From the sequence record OM319461.1: DNA of 64,000 bases. One strand, given 5' to 3'. Positions 46,202 through 55,286 of this stretch are shown piece by piece. The stretch's first letter is position 1. The number at the start of each line of letters is the position of its first letter. The notes below the pieces were generated by a model. The model ran no database searches and was not told the DNA's origin. It saw only the letters and a list, made by a program, of their open reading frames with translations. The translations under genes and the position numbers were made by a program.

Positions 46202-47670
46202 TGGAAAATGATAACAAACCAAATCTTCGTTTACCTATTTCCCAATTCGACAAAGACGAAGAAATCAAAAACAAAGAATTCCCCTTGCGTGCGCCAGGGG
46301 AACAACTGAATCTAAGCGAACAAAAGACTGCACTCTACAAAGAAGTAGAGCAGTCTGGTTCACGCAAACCAAATGAAAAGCAGGTTCAGCGTTTCCGCAT
46401 GATCAACGATGCCGAGAACCAGGCGTTCTGGCAAGAGGAAGAAAACTACTCTGATATCGTAGAAGATACGGATAAGCTAGCTCAGTCTCTTGAAGTAGAC
46501 GGCGACACGATCGCTCCTAAGCGACTTACTCCTGTTCTTCATGACGAAGGTCAGGTGCTAGGTAATGCTTTCCTACAAGCTTTACGTGCAGTTACTAAAA
46601 ACGGCGGTCATGCACAAGACTACATGTACTCGTCTGGCTTTTGGTTGAAGATCGGTGACTTTGATGCAGAGAAATGTTTCCGTACAGCATCTAAACTAAA
46701 AGATGCTCGTGATAACATCGGTATTGCTACAAACTCTATTTTGTTCTCTACTGATGACGTTCACATCCGTACTGTTATCGTTGACTTCATTCTAGACCAT
46801 GCTCTTGATTCAAACCTACAGGGTTGGCAAGATCGAGCTACTCTAGAAGAAGCACTCTTGGTTACGGATACCGAGCGTCTAATGGGCCTTGCACTTGATG
46901 CTATGTATCCTGATGGCTACCCATTAATCCAGGACTGTAAGAACAAGTTCTCTGATGAAAAGAAATGTGACTACATTACACTGCCGCCAGAAAACAAACT
47001 TGACGAGATCTCTAAACTTAACTTTATGCGCACTATGGTTCTACTGCCTCATCGCTTTGGTGCAGAACAGAAACGTTTCTTGCGTAAAGAAAAAGTTACT
47101 CTAGAAGAAGTCAAGGAGTACCAAGAGAAACTATTGAACTTTAATAACTCTTCTCTTGTTATCGGTACTTATGACTTTGGTCCAACGAAGATCCGTTTGC
47201 GTGGTCGTACACCGTCTTATCTTCAATACAAGGGCGAAGGTCTAACTTGGATTGCTAATGTTATCGATGTCGCAGAGAGTCTAACAGCTCCTACTGCGAA
47301 CAAGAAGCAAGAAGCAGAACAACGTAACGAACTTATTGTTAGTCGTGTTCGTCAAGTTATGACACAGCGTCAGATGTGCTGGATTGAACGTGTTAGTATG
47401 AACGGTGCTTATACTGACAGTCGTGAAGATATCGAGTCTGCTCTAGCTATTCTTGCAGAAGATCGCCAACTGGCTGAACGTGTTAAGTCCGATATTCGTA
47501 CGTTTACCAAATCACAGATCCACGGCCTTTGTGCTATTCCTAACTGGACATGTCCTTCTTGTAAGAAGACACAACCAGATGTTGAAGAGAAGATTAACCT
47601 TATCCCTATCTCGATGAGTGCTTATTTTTTCAGTATCCTGGTGGTCCGAGCTTATCAGTCGACGATCTAA
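46201..47670 (+). CDS. Conserved protein, putative tail/baseplate assembly chaperone (489 aa) with C-terminal CPSC
   Basis: DAMYPDGYP, IPNWTCPSC; ends ...AYFF on a slippery heptamer. Confidence 0.75.
   Translation: MENDNKPNLRLPISQFDKDEEIKNKEFPLRAPGEQLNLSEQKTALYKEVEQSGSRKPNEKQVQRFRMINDAENQAFWQEEENYSDIVEDTDKLAQSLEVDGDTIAPKRLTPVLHDEGQVLGNAFLQALRAVTKNGGHAQDYMYSSGFWLKIGDFDAEKCFRTASKLKDARDNIGIATNSILFSTDDVHIRTVIVDFILDHALDSNLQGWQDRATLEEALLVTDTERLMGLALDAMYPDGYPLIQDCKNKFSDEKKCDYITLPPENKLDEISKLNFMRTMVLLPHRFGAEQKRFLRKEKVTLEEVKEYQEKLLNFNNSSLVIGTYDFGPTKIRLRGRTPSYLQYKGEGLTWIANVIDVAESLTAPTANKKQEAEQRNELIVSRVRQVMTQRQMCWIERVSMNGAYTDSREDIESALAILAEDRQLAERVKSDIRTFTKSQIHGLCAIPNWTCPSCKKTQPDVEEKINLIPISMSAYFFSILVVRAYQSTI
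47625..47631 (+). promoter_or_regulatory. Putative -1 programmed ribosomal frameshift site T-TTT-TTC
   Basis: X-XXY-YYZ heptamer correctly phased (TAT TTT TTC); the -1 frame is open from 47598 to 48104. Confidence 0.7.
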
Positions 47671-48104
47671 AAACACCAAGAAGCATCCGTTATGTGCCAC
47701 CTCAAGGTACAGCCCAAAACATTGTTAATCGACTATTGCAAATAGAGATGACAGGTAAGGCATCGGATGCTTTTATTGGTAGGATCATTACTGAACATGA
47801 AATGGGTTACGTTGACTATGCGAATGATCGGTATTACAATCCGATTCAGTCTGTAACCCACCACCAGACGAAGGAACGCGATACTGTACTCAAGCATCAG
47901 ATCAAACGCATACTTAGATCCGGTGTTTGTGAAAAAGCTCAAATGGGGCTTAAGGACATACTTGCCCTAGACTTGGGGTTTTATGATTATCTCATGAACA
48001 TGATCGAGGAACTAAACATTGAGGAAGCAGAGCGAACTCAAGAACTAGAAGCCTCAGTTCAAGATGCAATTACAAAACTCAAAGAGAAAAAAGAAAAAGA
48101 TTAA
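47625..48104 (+). CDS. -1 frame extension (ORF track 47694..48104), probably expressed as a C-terminal fusion
   Basis: No strong SD at GTG 47694 or ATG 47748; frame is continuous back to the slippery site. Confidence 0.65.
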   Translation, partial: FFQYPGGPSLSVDDLKTPRSIRYVPPQGTAQNIVNRLLQIEMTGKASDAFIGRIITEHEMGYVDYANDRYYNPIQSVTHHQTKERDTVLKHQIKRILRSGVCEKAQMGLKDILALDLGFYDYLMNMIEELNIEEAERTQELEASVQDAITKLKEKKEKD

Positions 48105-48108
48105 TATA

Positions 48109-48136
48109 CTACCTCCTCCCGCTTGGGAGGAGGTAG
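48109..48136. terminator. Bidirectional terminator
   Basis: Perfect 12-bp stem ctacctcctccc / gggaggaggtag. Confidence 0.8.
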
Positions 48137-48142
48137 GTATTA

Positions 48143-48637
48143 TTACATTACATAATCGGCAAAACCAAGCTCAACAGCTTTGTCACCCATGCAGTAGAAA
48201 TCACGATCGAGATACTTGTCCATCTCTTCTTTTGTGAATCCTGCATCTTCTGCGAAGTGGTCATAAACAATCTCGTAGTAGTAACGCATATTGCCAAGGC
48301 CTTTCTCGGTAAGTTCAGCACCACCGTTAGGACCATGAATCATCATCTGACAATCACGAGTAATAGCACGTTTACCTGTAGCGGCACCTGCCACAAGAAG
48401 ATAACAACCAGCTGACATTGCCTTACCAATCGCAAGAACGTTAATCACACAACGGTTACGCTTCATCGCATCACGAATTGCAAGCATGGTTCGACAACAA
48501 CCACCATACGTACTGATGACCAGAAGGATAGGCTCTTGGCTTTCCTTTTCTAATTCATCTAAACGTTTGATGACCTCTTTACCGATACCCATGTCCACGC
48601 CGCAGGTTAAAAACACAGTACGTTCGACATTGATCAT
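48143..48637 (-). CDS. clpP: ClpP-like serine protease with intact triad (164 aa)
   Basis: RTVFLT, ISTYGG, GKAMSAG (Ser), MMIHGP (His), LDRDFY (Asp), AVELGFAD. Confidence 0.88.
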   Translation of the reverse strand: MINVERTVFLTCGVDMGIGKEVIKRLDELEKESQEPILLVISTYGGCCRTMLAIRDAMKRNRCVINVLAIGKAMSAGCYLLVAGAATGKRAITRDCQMMIHGPNGGAELTEKGLGNMRYYYEIVYDHFAEDAGFTKEEMDKYLDRDFYCMGDKAVELGFADYVM

Positions 48638-49119
48638 GCGGTCAACTCCTCTAGTGGACGGAAACCGAACTTCATTACTTCTGGTGCACGAGGTAGTTCT
48701 TTTTCCTTATGCATTTCTTCAGAGGTACGAGGTAAGTTAAATGCCTTATCTAGGATCTCGTTCATGCGTTGACGTAACTCAGTTTGAGCAACGGCTGCAT
48801 TGTTAAGATCTTTATAAGCACCATGACCTACAAAGTCTGGACTAGAAAACGCGAAGATACCTTGAGATGTAAGATAACGTTTGTCCTCCTCTACTGCAGC
48901 TGCAATAAGCAAAGCACCAGAGGTATTACCTGCCATGATAGCTACACGAATATCTACGTTAGGGAACATCTCGATGATGTTCTTAGCAGCTAGTGCGTCA
49001 TGGGGGTTATACAGAGCATCGTAGACACAGACTACGAAAGGACCTGTCATACCCTGCTCCGTGAAACGCATCAACTCTGTCATCAGTCCTTGGACCGATA
49101 GGGTTGAAGTTTTATACAT
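48634..49119 (-). CDS. Catalytically dead ClpP paralog (ClpR-like; 161 aa; start moved to MYKTST)
   Basis: GNTSGALLIAA, KRYL, FAFSSP, QRMNEIL and RAPEVMKFGF align to ClpP, but Ser/His/Asp map to Thr/Ser/Lys; AGGA SD. Confidence 0.7.
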   Translation of the reverse strand: MYKTSTLSVQGLMTELMRFTEQGMTGPFVVCVYDALYNPHDALAAKNIIEMFPNVDIRVAIMAGNTSGALLIAAAVEEDKRYLTSQGIFAFSSPDFVGHGAYKDLNNAAVAQTELRQRMNEILDKAFNLPRTSEEMHKEKELPRAPEVMKFGFRPLEELTA

Positions 49120-49179
49120 GGAATGTTCCTTTTTGATCAAAAAAAAAATAATGGCCATAAGATTAGACAGCCTAGTTAC

Positions 49180-50688
49180 CTAGGCTGCCTTTAGAATAAA
49201 GCCAGTTTCAATGGCCTTGAAATCTTTACTTCTGAAACGAACATCTTGACGGCGTTTGTTATCATAGATACGATGGGCACTAATGCGCTTATTCGTAAGA
49301 TAACAGAACACTGGATCACGATCAGGATAACGCTTGATTGGACGCAAGCGACCCATGATCTGACGCGATAGCTGCGTAGAGCTTAGACCTACTGTCAGCC
49401 AGCCCACAGAGAGGTTAGGGATGTCTACGCCCGTACCTGCACCTTTGGGTGTACTTACAATAATATCGCGCTCATAGAGCTCCTCGTCCTTGGCACCGTG
49501 GATATAACACCCAACGGTCAAGTCACCGACTTCTTGTCTAAAACGTTCGGTTACCAGACGACACATTTCTTTTGTAGAGCAAATCATCAAGAACTTGCAT
49601 CCTTCTTTATAGTTCTTCATAAAAGAACCACGAAGCATACCAGCCAAGAAATCAAGATACTGTTCGAGTATCTTTGGTTTCTTCATGATGGATTGTTCAT
49701 ACTTAACATGAGAGTATCCACGGAAACCCTTGAACTTGATTACGTTCTTTGGATCATACATGTCATAGAGGACAGATCGCACACAGATGTGTTTGTTGTC
49801 TTCTGATTTCCATCGATCCTTTTTAGGGAATACTCGTTCATACACTTTGTTAATAAAGGCATTGTCTGAAACTAGCGTAGCAGATAGGAATATTACGCGT
49901 GGCACATGAGTATAAATAACTTGGCGAACCAAGCTATGTATTGATTCATGTACCTCATCTCGAATAATCGTACCCACCTCCAAGAACTCAAAAAGATCTT
50001 GAGGAGGAAACTCATAATCGTATTCCATCATCTCTTCGTATGTCTTGTAAAAGTTACGAAGCGTAGTTGCACTAAAGAACAATAACTTGTAGTCTAGCTG
50101 TCCCGCTTTCTGCAACTCAACAACTGCCCGAATACTAGCCGAACCCTGTACCACAACAATATCTGATTTATTCAGATGGGTTTGTTCTGGTATAGAGTTT
50201 AACCAGGTCTTGATGTGACCAGGCTCCATAATAAAGGCGGCGCGTTGCTGACAGTTCATTGCAGTGTTTAAGCCAAGGAAAGACTTACCGAAACCAGTAG
50301 CTGCGTCAATGACGCGGTTAACTTCATCTGTCTTAGACAGGAACTCAACGGCTGGCTTCTGTTTGTCACGTGGTTTGAATTCCTCACGCATGAGGTTTTC
50401 AATTTCCACTGGCTTATACATAGGACGCATTTTAATGTTAAAGTTATCTCTCGACCATCCTGCAAATTCGCAATGACTCAAAAAAGGTTCTAAGTCAGCA
50501 CGAAGGAAACCAAACTCTGTTAAGTCTTGCTTCCAAGTTGCATAGATAGCTTTTGCCTGACGTTTCATCACGCCCGTACGAGGATCTTTAACGTCTTCGA
50601 CTTCGGTTACGGAACCAGCAAACCCACGAATGAGATCTACTTGTTTATCGCCAATAGGGTACACAAAGAACCCATGGCTGTTAACCAC
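49180..50688 (-). CDS. SF2 helicase (phiKZ gp75-like)
   Basis: ATGFGKS, RDEVHE, FLSATL, QIMGRLR. Confidence 0.9.
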   Translation of the reverse strand: MVNSHGFFVYPIGDKQVDLIRGFAGSVTEVEDVKDPRTGVMKRQAKAIYATWKQDLTEFGFLRADLEPFLSHCEFAGWSRDNFNIKMRPMYKPVEIENLMREEFKPRDKQKPAVEFLSKTDEVNRVIDAATGFGKSFLGLNTAMNCQQRAAFIMEPGHIKTWLNSIPEQTHLNKSDIVVVQGSASIRAVVELQKAGQLDYKLLFFSATTLRNFYKTYEEMMEYDYEFPPQDLFEFLEVGTIIRDEVHESIHSLVRQVIYTHVPRVIFLSATLVSDNAFINKVYERVFPKKDRWKSEDNKHICVRSVLYDMYDPKNVIKFKGFRGYSHVKYEQSIMKKPKILEQYLDFLAGMLRGSFMKNYKEGCKFLMICSTKEMCRLVTERFRQEVGDLTVGCYIHGAKDEELYERDIIVSTPKGAGTGVDIPNLSVGWLTVGLSSTQLSRQIMGRLRPIKRYPDRDPVFCYLTNKRISAHRIYDNKRRQDVRFRSKDFKAIETGFILKAA

Positions 50689-50760
50689 AATATCGATGGC
50701 GCACCTCCTTATTAATATTAGATAAACTATATTATTAAAGAAGAAAGTTTAAAAAGAAAA

Positions 50761-50785
50761 GCCCCTAACCACAAGGGCTAGGGGC
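50761..50785 (-). terminator. Terminator after the nvRNAP operon
   Basis: gcccctaacc...gggctaggggc followed by TTTTCTTTTT on the minus strand. Confidence 0.75.
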
Positions 50786-50792
50786 ATATTTC

Positions 50793-52757
50793 TTATTCAG
50801 ACCAAATGTAGTCCATGCTTGTGGATGGGATGTCTTGACCATCTTTCAAGTACGTACCCGGACTGAATATCTTGCGGACGTGTGACTCAAATGCCATACC
50901 TGTACCTTCTGAACGATTATGAATCAAATCTTTCATCGAGCCAAATACAAACTGGTCTCCGCCTCGTGGCATCTCATATGTGACATGCCCACTCTCATTA
51001 ACACGACACATCAAAGCACGCACAAAAACCTCAGCATGACTAAAGTTAATTGGAATGTGCTCGGACAGTGCTTCCATCAGTGCAGCAATAGCTGGACCAG
51101 GGTGGTTATAATCCGATGCTCTCACTGCATGCGGTTTATTCGGACTGTTTACGAAATCCTGGAATGCGTGCAATACGGTCATTACATCAGCACCACGCGC
51201 AGGTGTACGAATGATCGGTACAGCATAGTTCCATTGGGTCATATCTACAATGATATTAGTACCAACAACATCCCAGCTTACTTCTTTAAGGTATACCAGG
51301 AAGTCCGTTGTCAATGGAGAACCAAAGCCACCAAGACTCACATCCAAGTTAACGATGTGTGGTGTTGTACGACCTTTGACCATGTAGTGTACTTGCAAGT
51401 TAGTAACACAAGAAATACGACTTTCGATTAGTTCGTGTGGATCTTCAACGGAAAGCACATCATTCAAGAATGCTGCCTCGTCGCGTTGAATACGCAGACT
51501 AACTGATTCGATATTTTCTTGTTCACGTAAACGTACAAGATGTGGATTATCCATATCCAATTCCATGAACTTCGCATTGTCAACGCCGACATGTAGATAC
51601 AGTGGTTTTGTAGATGCAATTACGTGCTTAGTCGAAAGGATCTTTTGTGAGATACGACCAAGTGGTTCTGTTGACAAGTGATGACCAAGTACTGTGTTAG
51701 GTGGAGTAGTCCAAGCATTCCAACCGATACAGATAGCACACGGGTACTGAGGATCTTTTGATTCACAGCGAGTAAACGAACGAATCTCCAGAGTCTGTCC
51801 AATGAGTTCCTTCTCATTACCATAGATCATGTGGTGCTGACCATCCTTCATGTAGAACTTACCACGAAGTCGACTTAAGTCTTTAGGTCCACCAACACGC
51901 CATGTCAGTGTATGCTTTGTACCACAGTCACAATGTTCAATACCACGAATAACCGAACACAAGAACTGTGCCATGCGGTTATTGTACTCTGAGTCTTCTA
52001 GTGGAGCTTTCGCCATGAAGTATGCGATAGCAGCCGTACGTGACTCAATGAGGCGGTCGTACTGAGATTCCAAGCCAGAGATATAACCAGGTGCAATCGG
52101 CGTCTTAAATGCCGTACCGTTGATTTCAGGGATATATGCACGAGGACCGATGGTTTGGTTAGTCTGACGCTGGTTAAAGATCTTCGCACGAGCACCACGA
52201 GAAATCTCGTTGTAATGGAACTCAGGACGACCAGATGTTAACGTATTCCATGTTACATCATGACAGTCATCCACATCCATTTCTCCGACTGCCCATTTTG
52301 CTTGTGCTTCTTGAACTTCTGGTGCATCAAGTACGTTGATCAGATCCATGATATCCAATGTAGATACATGACTTGCCATCTTAAAGATAGAGTCGTTGTA
52401 TAGCTCATTGATTACTTGATATGTACGACGAGACATCTCCCATACAAAGTCTAGACCCTGACCAGGAAAGAAACCACCTACACGGCGCATGTAAACTTCC
52501 CAGAAGATCTTACTTAACTCTTTACTTGGAACACCACCATTAAAGTCGATGTTGCCCATGTATGCACTACTGTCGATGCCTTGAATTTCACCAAACTTAT
52601 ACAACTGCCAGAAATACCAGTTGATCTTGATGATGTTTGTTGGACATACAATGGTCTTATCAGAAAAGGCGACACGAAGGCCGCCAACTGGTAACTCCCA
52701 CACTTGTTCTTTTGTCATCGCGACAATTTGATCAATCGTGTAGTCTCTGTTTACCAT
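50793..52757 (-). CDS. Non-virion RNA polymerase beta-prime subunit, C-terminal part (phiKZ gp74-like)
   Basis: CDCGTKH, RCESKDPQYPCAICIG, TEPLGRISQKILSTKH (motif G-like). Confidence 0.88.
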   Translation of the reverse strand: MVNRDYTIDQIVAMTKEQVWELPVGGLRVAFSDKTIVCPTNIIKINWYFWQLYKFGEIQGIDSSAYMGNIDFNGGVPSKELSKIFWEVYMRRVGGFFPGQGLDFVWEMSRRTYQVINELYNDSIFKMASHVSTLDIMDLINVLDAPEVQEAQAKWAVGEMDVDDCHDVTWNTLTSGRPEFHYNEISRGARAKIFNQRQTNQTIGPRAYIPEINGTAFKTPIAPGYISGLESQYDRLIESRTAAIAYFMAKAPLEDSEYNNRMAQFLCSVIRGIEHCDCGTKHTLTWRVGGPKDLSRLRGKFYMKDGQHHMIYGNEKELIGQTLEIRSFTRCESKDPQYPCAICIGWNAWTTPPNTVLGHHLSTEPLGRISQKILSTKHVIASTKPLYLHVGVDNAKFMELDMDNPHLVRLREQENIESVSLRIQRDEAAFLNDVLSVEDPHELIESRISCVTNLQVHYMVKGRTTPHIVNLDVSLGGFGSPLTTDFLVYLKEVSWDVVGTNIIVDMTQWNYAVPIIRTPARGADVMTVLHAFQDFVNSPNKPHAVRASDYNHPGPAIAALMEALSEHIPINFSHAEVFVRALMCRVNESGHVTYEMPRGGDQFVFGSMKDLIHNRSEGTGMAFESHVRKIFSPGTYLKDGQDIPSTSMDYIWSE

Positions 52758-52767
52758 TTTCTATCTC

Positions 52768-54837
52768 CTAAGCTGAACGTGTGATTGTTGGACCCAGACA
52801 CTCTAGAATATGTCGTGGAATCGATACTGAGCGACCTTCGCCATAGCCGACCTGAGAACGGTCCACCATGTTGTACTCACCCATAGGTGTGTCTGACTTC
52901 CATTGTGCACGCAACATCATGTCCAGTGCCTCTGGGTTAACAGACAAGTCTACTACATCCATTACATACTTACCATGAACCGCCGCAGTAATACCACGGA
53001 TTTCTGATTCAGCATAAGCACGAGATGGCTGTTTGTTTGTTGGACTGCTGATCTTAGTAGACTTATTAAGCGTACTCGGTAAGCCATGGATTTGACGACG
53101 GGCTACCGATACTGCCATTGGTTTGGTAGATGACTTATCTAGAATCCACCATGAAGCACTGCCGATCAATACAGGTACTTCGGTTGTTACCATGTTACCG
53201 TCCAGGTTTCGGAATGTAACAGGCGTTTTGATTGGAGGACAATACACATTTAAACGTTTGATCCAATCTACTCCCACATAGGTATTATCGCCAGGAATGA
53301 TCAAAGTTGGACCGCTCTCTGCAATAAGGTTAATATGGTCTGCACGCTTGGCTGGTGATTTATTGGACATGACTGCAAATGTCTCTGGACTTGCAATTTC
53401 ATACCAACCCATTAGGAAGCTCCATGCTCCTTCAAGGTCACCGGCATCCAGCATTTGTTTTGCTTTCATGGCAACAGTATCGCCACATGCATTCACATAC
53501 TGTTCGTACAACTGACCGTCATTAAGACGAGCGATTGTAGAACCACCATACATGACGATCTCTGCACGTCGACCATATTGGTCTGTTGGCATATCTTCAT
53601 CAGGTACAATGCGTGAGAATACACCCTTACTTCCGTGAAGGTTTGTAACTTTACCACCATCGCCAATACGGAACTTCCACTTGAGTTTCAGTTCCACATG
53701 CCATTCGTCAATCGGTGTGCCACGCTGAGTTCGAGTAATACCGCCAGCTTTGCGCGCACCAAAACGAGCACGACTATCATTAGGCTTGTCAGCATATGCA
53801 CGAGTAAGTAAGTTACTTAGACGTGGACTGATACGGCCTTTGTAGTTAGTTGTACGCATGTAGTCACTGTAAACATCCAATAGACGATCATAGAACTTGG
53901 AATGCTGTTCTGCGAAGATACGCGGATAAGCCTCCATGCCAATTGGAGTTAACGGTAAGCGACTATGGTCACGTGTTGTAGTCGTAACAGTAATGTCTGC
54001 TACTTCTACGTCTTCTGATTCAGGCGGGGCATAAACAGCTTTGTCAAATACCTGTACCTTCTTCAGTTCTGATGGAAGCATCAAGATACCATCAAAGATC
54101 GGGCACTTGGCACGAGTAGCTGCAACCAGGCCAGACGGTTTGATCTTTTCACCAGGACCACAGAATGGCTTATAGATCGAACCATCGCCATACGCATCCA
54201 ATGGATAATGGGTACGACCCCACTCAAACGTAATCTTGGCAAAAGCATACGGCATTGCACGACGAACAAAAGATTCTGATGCCCATACACCATCCTCGAT
54301 TGTTGGAGAAGCCGACAAGTAACAATAGTTTGCTTGAAGTATCGTACTATAAAGTCCATTGTCCATTACAGACGAAGAACTTGTTAGCTTCGTGCCTTTA
54401 GGGATTGCCACGTTTTCGCGGGCAGTATGGCGAATCAATGGATTTTCTTTTAGCTCGTATCCGAAGATATCGTGCGTGTAGTCAAACGTCTTCACATCTA
54501 GACAATCAAGTTCATTGGTATCTTGGTCAACAAACAACATTGTGCGAGATGGGTTGACGCGTATTGCGTTCATACCATAGCCAGTACTAAACTTGTTAAT
54601 CAATCCTTTACTTAGACCATCAACAGGCATTGTTGTACCCATCGAATAGATAGCCTGTTCGTTCTCGAATGTTGTTAAGATACGAGGACTATCAGGACCA
54701 TTTGCAAAAACAACCGCCTGTGACGACTGAGAGGCTGTCATTGCAGTACGCGAACCAGAGTTAAAACGCTCAAACGAGGTAATAGCTTCTGTAATGCCAA
54801 TGGCTAATGAATTGGTGTGCAGTTTTTCAACCAGCAT
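52768..54837 (-). CDS. Non-virion RNA polymerase beta subunit, C-terminal part (phiKZ gp71-73-like; 689 aa; start moved to MLVEKL)
   Basis: SRTAMTASQSSQ, EDGVWASE, KVTNLHGSKGV, NDGQLYE; AAGGAG SD at ATG 54837. Confidence 0.9.
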   Translation of the reverse strand: MLVEKLHTNSLAIGITEAITSFERFNSGSRTAMTASQSSQAVVFANGPDSPRILTTFENEQAIYSMGTTMPVDGLSKGLINKFSTGYGMNAIRVNPSRTMLFVDQDTNELDCLDVKTFDYTHDIFGYELKENPLIRHTARENVAIPKGTKLTSSSSVMDNGLYSTILQANYCYLSASPTIEDGVWASESFVRRAMPYAFAKITFEWGRTHYPLDAYGDGSIYKPFCGPGEKIKPSGLVAATRAKCPIFDGILMLPSELKKVQVFDKAVYAPPESEDVEVADITVTTTTRDHSRLPLTPIGMEAYPRIFAEQHSKFYDRLLDVYSDYMRTTNYKGRISPRLSNLLTRAYADKPNDSRARFGARKAGGITRTQRGTPIDEWHVELKLKWKFRIGDGGKVTNLHGSKGVFSRIVPDEDMPTDQYGRRAEIVMYGGSTIARLNDGQLYEQYVNACGDTVAMKAKQMLDAGDLEGAWSFLMGWYEIASPETFAVMSNKSPAKRADHINLIAESGPTLIIPGDNTYVGVDWIKRLNVYCPPIKTPVTFRNLDGNMVTTEVPVLIGSASWWILDKSSTKPMAVSVARRQIHGLPSTLNKSTKISSPTNKQPSRAYAESEIRGITAAVHGKYVMDVVDLSVNPEALDMMLRAQWKSDTPMGEYNMVDRSQVGYGEGRSVSIPRHILECLGPTITRSA

Positions 54838-54876
54838 TGTCTTTCTCCTTCGGTCGAATCTTGTAGACTCTGACTT

Positions 54877-54889
54877 GTTATATAGAGAT
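54877..54889 (-). promoter_or_regulatory. Early-type promoter motif ATCTCTATATAAC
   Basis: Exact motif 40 nt upstream of the nvRNAP ATG. Confidence 0.8.
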
Positions 54890-54895
54890 TTTTTT

Positions 54896-55237
54896 ATGAT
54901 GAAGATCACACAGAATAATTCCATGTACACAGAGACAACGAAGCGGTACTTCGAGAAAGACTTTATTAGTCTAGTCGAAGATCACTCTAGTTACTTGCGT
55001 GGTTTAGCGACCACGACAACGATAACAGTGGAACCTATAAGTACCTATCGTTATCGCTCTGACTTCTTTGGATATCTGCGGTCAAAGGGAATCACCCCCA
55101 AGCTGTGGATTCCAATACTCATAATCAACAGAATGCGTGACCCACAGAACTTTAATGATTCTTGGAAGAACGCCGTCTTGCTAGTTCCTAGTGAACAGGA
55201 AATAGATAAGTTGATTACTTCGTACAAAAGAAAATAG
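54896..55237 (+). CDS. Small conserved protein (113 aa; start MMKITQ), possibly T4 gp53-like baseplate wedge component
   Basis: YRYRSDFFGYL...LWIPILIINRMRDP pattern; flanked by a terminator. Confidence 0.6.
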   Translation: MMKITQNNSMYTETTKRYFEKDFISLVEDHSSYLRGLATTTTITVEPISTYRYRSDFFGYLRSKGITPKLWIPILIINRMRDPQNFNDSWKNAVLLVPSEQEIDKLITSYKRK

Positions 55238-55247
55238 TTACGCGAAT

Positions 55248-55279
55248 AGCCTCCCCGTGCCATTAGGTACGGGGAGGTT
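55248..55279. terminator. Bidirectional terminator
   Basis: 14-bp stem with G-U pairs between convergent genes. Confidence 0.8.
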
Positions 55280-55286
55280 AACTATT

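Noticed and set aside
18814-49161. CTTATGG at 18813-18819 and 49155-49161 (minus strand) as late promoters
   Set aside because: TATG is too short to call from sequence alone; needs TSS data.
54794-54895. ORF-track N-terminal extension of the plus-strand 147-aa ORF and of the nvRNAP gene (to 54930)
   Set aside because: The two extensions overlap each other and the promoter motif; the SD supports 54837 for nvRNAP.
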